Source: a virus
IMG/VR virus record: IMGVR_UViG_3300036985_008365
Span: 3,669-67,668 of that record
Length of the DNA stretch: 64,000 bases
Reading direction: 5' to 3' (one strand)
The notes beneath the pieces were generated by a model. The model had not been told where the DNA came from. It made no database searches and saw only the letters and a list, made by a program, of their open reading frames with translations. This document shows, piece by piece, positions 36,980 through 45,677 of this stretch. Position 1 is the stretch's first letter. Each line of letters opens with the position of its first letter. Position numbers and translations under genes: made by a program.

Positions 36980-37932
36980 AAATATTTACAAGTCGACCTA
37001 TAATCGAGGATAAAAGCAATTGCTGTGGTATGTCAAACGCTTCGGGTGAAGGGTTAAATCTTAAAGCATTACTACCTAATGTGACTACTTTTACAGATAA
37101 TACGGAAGGAACGCCTATTGCACCACCCGCACCAAAAGGTCAATCAAACAGAGAAATGTTTGGGGACTATTTGTCAACTCAAAAAGACGCCCGAAAAGAC
37201 AGCCGTGGAAAAGCAGTTAGTGATATTTTATCGGGTTCAGAAAGCCGTAGAGACACACGCAGAGGTGGTAGAGAGGTTTCTCGGGCTTCTCGTTTAGAAA
37301 GCAAAGACAAACGTGTTTCAGAACGAATTGCTAATCGTCAAGCGCGGGCTAAAAGACGCACTGACCGTAAGGCAAAACGTAATGCTAAAAAATTGATTTT
37401 AGTTAAAACTCCAAGAACCGCCGACCCAAAATTCTTTTTTCCTTTACAAAAATTACGTTTGTCAAAAAGAAAGAAAGGTAAGTACGAAAAAACGTATGCT
37501 GATGGAACAATTGGCGAAGTAGACCAAAAAAACACTGTTACAGATTCAACGGGCGCGGTCTATGACAAGAAGGAAGTAAGCAACGCTACGGGAATACCAA
37601 CTCCCGCAATTACGCCGACAACTCTTACTCAAGTCGAAACGGTTACAGTTCAAGACCCAACAACGGGAGGAAACACAACCGCTGTAGAAGTTAAAGATGA
37701 AAATGTTTCAGGCGCAAGTGACGGTAACGCTTATCTTGAATCTGATGTTCAAGGCTCTCAAGAGAAAGTTGAAAACGTAGCAGACGACGACAAGAAAAAA
37801 GAAGAAGAGGTCAAAGAAGGGTGGAGCACTACTACAAAAGTTATTGTGGGGGTAAGCGCACTTGCTGTTGTAGGTCTTATTATTTACGCTGTAGTGAAAG
37901 GTAAAAGCGGTTCTATAGCACCTAAAATATAA
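36976..37932 (+). CDS. Tail-anchored Arg-rich protein with MKIFTSRPII leader
   Basis: SNASG; R/K-rich block; GWSTTTKVIVG TM. Confidence 0.65.
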   Translation: MKIFTSRPIIEDKSNCCGMSNASGEGLNLKALLPNVTTFTDNTEGTPIAPPAPKGQSNREMFGDYLSTQKDARKDSRGKAVSDILSGSESRRDTRRGGREVSRASRLESKDKRVSERIANRQARAKRRTDRKAKRNAKKLILVKTPRTADPKFFFPLQKLRLSKRKKGKYEKTYADGTIGEVDQKNTVTDSTGAVYDKKEVSNATGIPTPAITPTTLTQVETVTVQDPTTGGNTTAVEVKDENVSGASDGNAYLESDVQGSQEKVENVADDDKKKEEEVKEGWSTTTKVIVGVSALAVVGLIIYAVVKGKSGSIAPKI

Positions 37933-37939
37933 ACCAAAA

Positions 37940-38410
37940 ATGAAAGTAATTACTCGAAATAAAATATTGGTTAACCCTGATATGAACTATTCGCGACTTG
38001 ACGGAAAATCTCCAACAGCCGAAATTTTGGCAATGCAAAAACTAATAAACTCTAAAGGGGAAAAATTAGTAGATGAGACGGGAGTATTTGACGCAAAAAC
38101 AAGTGAAGTATACAACAAGTACAAAACGCGTCTTGACAGAGAATTTCTTGAAATGGGCTATGAGCCTATAAAGTTACAAACCAAACCTTTAAATGTAATT
38201 GAAATTCCTAAAACTCCCGCTCAAATTGTTCCAACTTTTTTTAAGGCAGATTTTAAAACCTCAAACGAGAAAACAAGTTGGTGGTCAAAGAGAACAAAAA
38301 CCCAAAAAGGTTTGATTATTGGCGGTGCGGTAGCGGTTACGGGATTGACGGTTTGGCTTATAGTAAGAAGTGTAAAGCGCTCTTCTGCGACAACAATTAA
38401 AACAGCATAA
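37940..38410 (+). CDS. Tail-anchored protein with PG-binding-like motif
   Basis: MKVIT leader, YSRLDG, MQKLIN..TGVFDAKT, WWSKRTKTQK TM. Confidence 0.6.
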   Translation: MKVITRNKILVNPDMNYSRLDGKSPTAEILAMQKLINSKGEKLVDETGVFDAKTSEVYNKYKTRLDREFLEMGYEPIKLQTKPLNVIEIPKTPAQIVPTFFKADFKTSNEKTSWWSKRTKTQKGLIIGGAVAVTGLTVWLIVRSVKRSSATTIKTA

Positions 38411-38413
38411 GCC

Positions 38414-38905
38414 ATGAAGGTCATCACTACAAATCCAATTATAGTAAATCCTGAAAAAAGTTACTCATACTTGGACGGGTATTCGGCTTCGGATGAAATC
38501 AAGGCGTTTCAAAAATGGGTATGGTACACTAAAGGGGACAAGTCCCTAAAAACTTCGAAAGCCCCCGACGGGGTTGACGGTATTTGGGGAGCAAAGACGG
38601 GTAGCGCTTGGTCAAAGTATTCAGCAGAATTTCAGAAAACACTACCAATTTTAGGAGTTCAAAACATAACAGCGGAAGCAGAAAAATTAAAAGCCGAGGC
38701 TGAAGCCGAAGCGTTGAGATTAAAAGCAATCGCGGACGCGGACGCTTTAAAAGTAAAAGACGGAGAATACGGTTCAGGGAAACCTTCTTGGTGGAAAAAC
38801 CGAACTAAAACTCAAAAACGATTAATAATCGGCGGAGCGGTAGTAGTTACGGGACTGACTATTTACCTCATTGTTAGAAGTGCAAAAAACTCTAAAGCAA
38901 AATAA
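38414..38905 (+). CDS. Tail-anchored paralogue with PG-binding-like motif
   Basis: MKVIT leader, YSYLDG, IKAFQKWV..VDGIWGAKT, WWKNRTKTQK TM. Confidence 0.6.
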   Translation: MKVITTNPIIVNPEKSYSYLDGYSASDEIKAFQKWVWYTKGDKSLKTSKAPDGVDGIWGAKTGSAWSKYSAEFQKTLPILGVQNITAEAEKLKAEAEAEALRLKAIADADALKVKDGEYGSGKPSWWKNRTKTQKRLIIGGAVVVTGLTIYLIVRSAKNSKAK

Positions 38906-38906
38906 A

Positions 38907-39035
38907 ATGCCAAACGACAAAAAAAATCAATCAGAAGTCTCTGCGACAGAGGGTATTATCCGATTAAGCGTCCCACTTGTTTTTGTGGTAGCAATATTAT
39001 CATTTGTGATATTCGGAGTACGACAATCCGAGTGA
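38907..39035 (+). CDS. 42-aa membrane peptide (not in ORF track)
   Basis: MPNDKKNQSEVSATEGIIRLSVPLVFVVAILSFVIFGVRQSE. Confidence 0.55.
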   Translation: MPNDKKNQSEVSATEGIIRLSVPLVFVVAILSFVIFGVRQSE

Positions 39036-39121
39036 GTAGCAAATAATTGTTTTTTAATTTAAAAAAAACGATATTTGTTAGATAAAAGAATAAGAATTTA
39101 TACACCCGATAAATAAAAGAT

Positions 39122-39619
39122 ATGAAGGCTGTAACTAACATAAAAAACACAACAAACGACGTTATGACTAATGTTATGAACATTTTAAAGGAAAATATTA
39201 TTCACTTTTTTCTATTTATTGCGACTTTTTTTGCGCCCGTTGTCCCTATGATTGTAGCGACAATTCTTTTTATTTTACTCGATACCATTATGGGCTTATG
39301 GAAATGTAAGGCTCTTGGAGAGGTAAGAAGAAGTAACGGATTCAAGCGCGGGTTTATTCCAAAAATGCTAATTTATACGTTATTGATTGGAACTGTTTTT
39401 GTGGCGGACAATTATATCACGAACCAAGCGGTAAAACACTATACCCAATTTGACTTTGTAATCACAAAAATAATCGCCCTGATTTTAATATTTATAGAGG
39501 CGTGGAGTATAGACGAGAATTTCAAGTCTATTTATGGCTTTTCGGTTATCGGTCTGTTCAAAAAATTTATTACTTACTTGAAGTCACTCTTCAGAAAATT
39601 TTTAGATAATGAAAATTAA
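39122..39619 (+). CDS. Holin (phage holin family 4-like)
   Basis: ILLDTIMG..S.GFKRG..K..Y..IEAWSIDEN; three TM segments. Confidence 0.8.
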   Translation: MKAVTNIKNTTNDVMTNVMNILKENIIHFFLFIATFFAPVVPMIVATILFILLDTIMGLWKCKALGEVRRSNGFKRGFIPKMLIYTLLIGTVFVADNYITNQAVKHYTQFDFVITKIIALILIFIEAWSIDENFKSIYGFSVIGLFKKFITYLKSLFRKFLDNEN

Positions 39620-40121
39620 TAAATGGGCTCTTTGGAGCGTTATCGGGGTTGCCGTAGCGGGAACTGCAATCTACGTTACCAAACAAGTTAAAAAAATGAT
39701 GGACTACACGCTTATATTCAAGAGTGTGAAGGTCAACAAGTTTTCACTTGAAATATTAGATTTTAACGCGTATTTTGACTATAAAAATAATAGTGACATT
39801 GATATTCGTTTGGCTGAACAAGAGTATGACATTTATGTAAATAACGTGTTTATTACAACCTTAAAAAACTATAAGGAAAATGTACTGAAGGCAAACTCTG
39901 TTAGTGAGTTAGGGTTTAATGTTAATCTAAATCTGCCTGAATTAGATAAAAAACTGAAAGTGAATTATTTCAAGATGATTGCCGAGCCAAAGTCTGTTTT
40001 AATCCGTATCGAAATGAAATGGAAAGTTCGTTTTGGTTTGTTCAAAATTCCGATTAAATATTCATGGAATACTAACTTAAAAGAAATTTTAGGGTGGTAT
40101 CTTCCAATGTATAGAAAATAA
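39609..40121 (+). CDS. LEA_2/WHy-like membrane-anchored protein
   Basis: N-terminal TM; NNSDIDIRL..YDIYVNNVFI..LKANSVS. Confidence 0.6.
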   Translation: MKINKWALWSVIGVAVAGTAIYVTKQVKKMMDYTLIFKSVKVNKFSLEILDFNAYFDYKNNSDIDIRLAEQEYDIYVNNVFITTLKNYKENVLKANSVSELGFNVNLNLPELDKKLKVNYFKMIAEPKSVLIRIEMKWKVRFGLFKIPIKYSWNTNLKEILGWYLPMYRK

Positions 40122-40154
40122 TCGTATTTTTGTTACAACTAAAAACAAATAAGT

Positions 40155-40385
40155 ATGTTCGGAGATTTATTAGGGGGCTTGATTGATAAAGAAAAAGCGA
40201 CCCGCGAAACAATTACAAATACGCTCGAAGACCTTTCAGAAGAACTTGGCGCGGAATACAACGATTTTTTTGTTACAATACAACCAACAGATGAAAAATT
40301 TGTGTTTAAATTGTACCTATATCAAGTTGTTGATGGACGCCCAAAATACGTCAGAGAAGTACCATTAAAAGAAGTTACGGGATAA
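40155..40385 (+). CDS. Hypothetical protein
   Basis: 76 aa; TATTTTTG promoter-like element at about 40125. Confidence 0.55.
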   Translation: MFGDLLGGLIDKEKATRETITNTLEDLSEELGAEYNDFFVTIQPTDEKFVFKLYLYQVVDGRPKYVREVPLKEVTG

Positions 40386-41075
40386 TGGAAATTGATTACC
40401 AAAAAACTACCTACGGGATATTAGCGTTATTTATTGTAGCGCTAATTCTCCTTTTGGTTAAGTCGGGTAATCAAACAGACAACTCCGAGACGTACAAGTT
40501 TCTTGATGATGAGGTCAATCGTTTGAAGTCCAAGAACGAAATTTTACTCAACGACATTGAAAATATTAAGCGCTCCAATGCTCACATTGACAGCCTTATT
40601 TCCAAAATCAATTCAAAAAAACAAGACGTCAGGTATGTGTACATTGAAAAAACTAAAGAAATTGACGACGGTTCTGTTGCTTATCTTATGGATGAGTTCA
40701 CCATCGTTTTCGCAAAAGGTAATATTAGACGATAAGGATACTCTTATCGCCTTTTCTGTACCCCAATCAAAGTATTTATTGAAAGAAGTTTATCGAGCAA
40801 TCATGCTTGATAGTTTGCTTAAATTGTCAGACGAACAATTGACACTTTCTCGCTCAATAATTTTAGCGGATAAGTTGGCTATGGATAAGTACGAAGAGGT
40901 GATAGAAAACAATGCTTTCTCGCTTCGAATCAGAGACGCTCAAATCAGAGAAAAAGATAAAACCATTGTTGGTCAAAAAAGAGAAATAGTTCGTCAGAAG
41001 CGCCAAAAAATAATTGGTATAATTTGCGGGTCTGTAACTACTGTTTTCATGGGCTATCTATGGATTTCTAAATAA
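40385..41075 (+). CDS. Overlapping spanin-like pair (40385-40735 and about 40635-41075)
   Basis: First gene has an N-terminal TM and coiled coil; second has a signal peptide (..SFSQ), coiled coil and C-terminal TM. Confidence 0.5.
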
Positions 41076-41092
41076 TTAACAACAAGTATTTT

Positions 41093-41260
41093 ATGAAAAG
41101 AATCTTGATTTTAATATCTTTACTCTGTTTGTTCGCAAAATGTGCCTCAAAAAAGAGTTCAAAATGCGATGCTTACGGAAAAATCAATAACTATGATAAA
41201 CGGGATAACACAAAACATATTTACGTATCAGTTGAACGCGAGTTCAATTACGATAGATGA
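41093..41260 (+). CDS. Small lipoprotein-like ORF (not in ORF track)
   Basis: MKRILILISLLCLFAKCASKKSSKCDAY... Confidence 0.45.
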   Translation: MKRILILISLLCLFAKCASKKSSKCDAYGKINNYDKRDNTKHIYVSVEREFNYDR

Positions 41261-41468
41261 GACATACGGCTTAACCGCGGTTTCAATGGTTTTAACCGCG
41301 GGAACGGGGTCTTTCGCGGGCACTGCGTTTTTAGCCAACGGAGTTGCTTCAACCCCAATTGACCTTGTAATAAATCAACCAATAAGCATACCGTCTCAAA
41401 GCGGTGCTCCATTAACAAACTTAACGATAACTACAACGGGTATCGTTTCAATACTTGGCTACCAATGA
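41193..41468 (+). CDS. Small beta-rich structural protein
   Basis: Probable start MINGIT at 41193; T/G/S-rich. Confidence 0.55.
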   Translation: MINGITQNIFTYQLNASSITIDETYGLTAVSMVLTAGTGSFAGTAFLANGVASTPIDLVINQPISIPSQSGAPLTNLTITTTGIVSILGYQ

Positions 41469-42364
41469 TTTTCGGGAACTTTGGATTTCAGGGAAGCGGT
41501 CAGACGACAATCGGTGGCTTAACCTATTTGGGTACTTGGGATGCCTTAACAAATAACCCAACTTTAACAAGTGGAGTGGGGCTTTGTGGCGGTTACTATA
41601 TTGTTTCAGTTGCGGGCACTACTAACCTTGACGGAGTTACGGATTGGCAAATCGGTGATTGGGCTATTTTTGAGTGTAACTCAAATCAGTGGCAGAAAAT
41701 TGATAACCACGATATTGTATCTTACAATACAATTCAGGAGGAGGGAGTTTCTTTACCGCCTCAAAACACTATTGACTTTCAGGGTGCGGGAGTAACAGCA
41801 ACAAACGGAGTCGGAAAAACGATTGTTACCATTAACGGAAGCATACCTACGACCAACTTTGGTCTTTATGCGCAAACAGCAGATAGCACACCCGTAACTG
41901 CAACAATCACCGAGGGTTCTATAATTGGTTTAGGTCAAGGCGCTTTAACCGTCCCCGCAAATGGGTTTCAGGTAGGCGACAGTTTTGTGGCAAAATTATA
42001 TGGTCATATTACTTGCGTAGGCACTGCAACAATTGAAATAAGGGTAAAATCAGGTTCAGTTATATTGGCAGACACGGGTATTATTCCACTTGACGTCACA
42101 ACAAATAAACATTGGTCAATTGAAGTAAATTTTACTATTCGTTCATTAGGAATCGCGACTGTTGGCTCGATAGTTTCGAGTGGATTGTTCAATTACATTA
42201 AAAATTCAGGATTAAATTTTGAAGGCGCAAATTTTGCAAACCTGAATAATACCACATTTGATACCACTATTTTGAATATACTTGATGTTACTGCACAATG
42301 GAACACGAATAATGCGTCAAACTCCATTTACTCGGACTTTTTTGTCCTCAACAAAATATACTAA
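41465..42364 (+). CDS. Fibre/spike-like protein
   Basis: YLGTWDA..YYIVSVAG..DWQIGDW..WQKIDN, plus a QEEG..DFQGAGVTAT motif shared with the spikes. Confidence 0.65.
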   Translation: MIFGNFGFQGSGQTTIGGLTYLGTWDALTNNPTLTSGVGLCGGYYIVSVAGTTNLDGVTDWQIGDWAIFECNSNQWQKIDNHDIVSYNTIQEEGVSLPPQNTIDFQGAGVTATNGVGKTIVTINGSIPTTNFGLYAQTADSTPVTATITEGSIIGLGQGALTVPANGFQVGDSFVAKLYGHITCVGTATIEIRVKSGSVILADTGIIPLDVTTNKHWSIEVNFTIRSLGIATVGSIVSSGLFNYIKNSGLNFEGANFANLNNTTFDTTILNILDVTAQWNTNNASNSIYSDFFVLNKIY

Positions 42365-42948
42365 TGACAGAGCGCACTCGAAATATCATTATTTTTTCGT
42401 CACTTGGCGCTGTTGTATTGATTCTTTTGGCAATTAATTTAAGAAAGAAAAAATTGAAACCGCTTACAGTTTCGGGGGAATATAAAGGTTCAAACTGCGA
42501 CGAGTTGCACGCTTTTGAAAATACCAACGGCAGAGTAATAGGTGGTATGAACACAAAAGTTCAGGCAGAATTAGAGAGGCTATACAAAGAGGGTTATAAT
42601 CCCGAAGTCACCGAGGTCAATGTTGATATGAACTCAAAAGCAATGACTGTAAAATGGTCAGTTAAAATAGAGGAAAGTAAAGACGGCAATGCGTGGGTAG
42701 GAATAACAAGTAGGGGCTCAAGCGGAAATGATGCGTTTACAAGGGCTATTTCGGCAAAAGTGGGTCAAGACTCCGCAAGTATAAAGAAGAAGACAGAGAC
42801 GAAGTACGGCGAGCCCAATATTGAAATGAAACAAGTCAAAGACTTGCTATATAATTTGGATAAAAATGGAAAGCCTTTAGGCGGTTGTCCAACGAGACAA
42901 GTTTTCTACGTATTCACAAAGCCTAACAAGTTTCCTAAACACAAATAA
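42364..42948 (+). CDS. Membrane-anchored hypothetical protein
   Basis: N-terminal TM; CDELHAF..SRG. Confidence 0.6.
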   Translation: MTERTRNIIIFSSLGAVVLILLAINLRKKKLKPLTVSGEYKGSNCDELHAFENTNGRVIGGMNTKVQAELERLYKEGYNPEVTEVNVDMNSKAMTVKWSVKIEESKDGNAWVGITSRGSSGNDAFTRAISAKVGQDSASIKKKTETKYGEPNIEMKQVKDLLYNLDKNGKPLGGCPTRQVFYVFTKPNKFPKHK

Positions 42949-42953
42949 TATTT

Positions 42954-43268
42954 ATGTACAAAATTGGAACTATAAAACTAACTTGGATTGACCCGAATAA
43001 CTACCGTGTATTATCGTCGGCTATGTACTCTACGGTTGAGCAAGCGCTTTCTAACATAGCGGGCAAAAAAAATTGGCTAATTTTCAAGTTGAGGTCGGTT
43101 TCAGGAGATAACTACTTTTGGGAGTTACTTCCTTATGGAGTAAGCGACAAGTATGTGACGGGTATGAAGGTAAATGACACACCAATATTAAAATACGGAA
43201 GTTACGCCTTAATGATAATGGGGGCATATTACATAGGCTCTTTACTTATTCAAAAAATAAACAAATAA
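42954..43268 (+). CDS. Tail-anchored hypothetical protein
   Basis: C-terminal TM. Confidence 0.6.
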   Translation: MYKIGTIKLTWIDPNNYRVLSSAMYSTVEQALSNIAGKKNWLIFKLRSVSGDNYFWELLPYGVSDKYVTGMKVNDTPILKYGSYALMIMGAYYIGSLLIQKINK

Positions 43269-43269
43269 A

Positions 43270-44193
43270 ATGGCAACAATTACTTTCACAGTACCGAGCA
43301 AGGTTTACACAAGATTGATGTACGAGCAGTACAGAAAAGTAAAACAAGGTCTTAAAAACATTGATACCTACAAGAGCACTATGAACAAGGTCGCTACGTA
43401 TACTAATTTGACACCTACGCTAATTGCGTGTATAGCCACAGTTCCGTCAGACGGTATCAATATTGTTCCGACCATACGGACTATAAAAAACGTAAAAAAA
43501 CAAACCTCTAAAACCGCTTTAATCGGGGGTATTTGCTCATTAGACTATGCGGTTGTTAAAAAGTCTTTATTACAAGAAATACAGCAAGGAAGATTAAGTC
43601 AGGCAGAAGAGGAGTTTTTGTCTCAAGACTCAAAAATAAAAGTGCTCATTCAGACTCTACGCACAACCAAAAATGCAACAGTTTCGGCTACGGAGTTAAA
43701 AGCCCCTCTGTTCGACCTTTCAAATATTCAAACATCGTTAATGTTGGGTGCTATTTTGCTTGGTCAACAAATAGACTTGAAAGCCAATGGCGAAAACGGG
43801 CTGTTTTCCTACTACGAGACGAACGATAGTACCACCGCCGATAGAAATACTCGTTTGTGCGTAGGGGAGTACGGTGTAATTGATATTTTAGAAAACAACA
43901 ACAAGACAACGATAGATATTGAAAGTCAGTTAAAGGGTATGAAGGCTATTTGGCTCAACGCTGATAACCAATATATTTTGGCACTAAACAGTCAGGGTCA
44001 GTTAATCAACCCAATGTCGAAATATGTTTACAGTCCCGCTCTTGTCGAAGGAGTACAAAAATCTATTCAAAGCACGTTCAAATTGTTGGAATTAGTGTTA
44101 ACGGAAGTTGAAGACCCGAATCTTAAAAACAAGTATATCGCCGAGATAAACAATCTGAAAACTCAAGCCCGCGCACTCAAACTAATTGCATAA
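43270..44193 (+). CDS. Possible degenerate lytic transglycosylase-like protein
   Basis: YKSTMNKVA..LTPTLIACIATVPSDG resembles SLT motif I with P in place of E. Confidence 0.35.
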   Translation: MATITFTVPSKVYTRLMYEQYRKVKQGLKNIDTYKSTMNKVATYTNLTPTLIACIATVPSDGINIVPTIRTIKNVKKQTSKTALIGGICSLDYAVVKKSLLQEIQQGRLSQAEEEFLSQDSKIKVLIQTLRTTKNATVSATELKAPLFDLSNIQTSLMLGAILLGQQIDLKANGENGLFSYYETNDSTTADRNTRLCVGEYGVIDILENNNKTTIDIESQLKGMKAIWLNADNQYILALNSQGQLINPMSKYVYSPALVEGVQKSIQSTFKLLELVLTEVEDPNLKNKYIAEINNLKTQARALKLIA

Positions 44194-44225
44194 ATTTATA
44201 TTTAACAAGTTAAAAAATAATCAAA

Positions 44226-44360
44226 ATGGGACAAAGTAACACTTACGTAAGAGTTCATAAGAACAAAACCGCTTTTGACAAGCACATGATTGGTTTAAAA
44301 AAGCGCAATGCAACAATTGTATCTGTCGAGGGCATGACAATCACTTATTACTTCAATTAA
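44226..44360 (+). CDS. 44-aa hypothetical peptide (not in ORF track)
   Basis: MGQSNTYVRVHKNKTAFDKHMIGLKKRNATIVSVEGMTITYYFN. Confidence 0.55.
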   Translation: MGQSNTYVRVHKNKTAFDKHMIGLKKRNATIVSVEGMTITYYFN

Positions 44361-44361
44361 G

Positions 44362-45138
44362 ATGAGTTTTCCTACATTAAAAAAGGGTAGCAATTCAGAA
44401 TCGGTTGGAGATTGGCAAGCGTTTTTGCGTGGTCAAAATTTGTATTTTGGAGCGGTAGATAATGATTTTGGAGCGGGTACAGAAAAAGCAACTATTGCCT
44501 TTCAAACAAAATACGCCTTAACTCCCGACGGAGAGGTCGGCAAAAAAACTTGTGAAAAGGCGGTACTTTTAGGGTTTCACATTGAGGTTTCAGCAAGCCC
44601 AAGTTTAACGGCAAAACCAAAATTTCCACCCTTGACGGGTAATGCTTCAAGAGAGAGGCTATTCGGTAAATTTGAATACCACGCAAGCCCTACAGCAGAT
44701 AACCCTGAACGTATTGTAATAACCGATGATTGGGCTAAAAAAAACATTGTTAAGGTTTCACTCCCCGCTTTAAGCAAAGCCACGGGTGGAAAATATACTT
44801 CAATGTATTGGCATAAGTCGGCAGATGAGCAACTTGTCAAATTTTTCGAAGAGTTGGAGAAGCAAAATCTACACACTAAAATTTTATCTTTTGCGGGGTC
44901 TTACGTACCGCGCTTTATAAGAGGTAGCAGAAGCCAATTAAGCAACCACTCATGGGGCACTGCATTTGATATAAATGTGCCTTACAACGGATTGAATAAA
45001 ACCCCCGCTCAAATCGGTCAAAAAGGCTGTGTGAGAGAGTTAGTTCCAATAGCCCATGAATTTGGATTTTATTGGGGCGGAAATTTTAGTAGACCCGACG
45101 GTATGCACTTCGAAATCGCCGTAGTTCAAAATTGGTAA
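44362..45138 (+). CDS. Endolysin: PG-binding domain plus M15 peptidase
   Basis: LKKGS..DNDFGAGT..FQ..PDGEVG; R..SNHSWGTAFDIN; WGGNF..DGMHFE. Confidence 0.9.
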   Translation: MSFPTLKKGSNSESVGDWQAFLRGQNLYFGAVDNDFGAGTEKATIAFQTKYALTPDGEVGKKTCEKAVLLGFHIEVSASPSLTAKPKFPPLTGNASRERLFGKFEYHASPTADNPERIVITDDWAKKNIVKVSLPALSKATGGKYTSMYWHKSADEQLVKFFEELEKQNLHTKILSFAGSYVPRFIRGSRSQLSNHSWGTAFDINVPYNGLNKTPAQIGQKGCVRELVPIAHEFGFYWGGNFSRPDGMHFEIAVVQNW

Positions 45139-45677
45139 ATACATTTATAGAATAAATCAGACCACCCAAAATAAACGCAACTTGCTAAACTATTGAGTTT
45201 GTACTGCAAGCACGGTGAGAGACAGTCAATTTAAAAGTTGGCTGTTTTTTATTTTAATAGTCTTCAGTTTGTCACGGCGCTCGCCCCCTTTTCCATCCCT
45301 GATAATAAAGTCTTTCTTGTCAAAGTCAATAATACAGTAATAACAAAAAGCATTGTCCAACTCTTTGAGCATAACCCAACCAAGGCATTTGTTTTGAAAA
45401 CTCTGAATACCCGTCTCATGGGTAGAATAATAAAAAGTTATCTCGTTTGCGCTAATGTCACAGCGCGTAGTTTCAAATTCCTCCTCGCCAAAAAGTGAGT
45501 CAAGGTCATTCATAAGGTCAGGAAAAAACGTAAACCCGTCTTCAGCCTGATTGTCAAAAACCTCCTTAACAGTTTCTTCAGTTATACCGCCAATGAAGTC
45601 GTCTCCTGAATAGAAGTGCTCTGCTATTTTGTGGTTGAAAGTGATGAGTAGGTCGTATCGGTATTTAAACTCCATAA

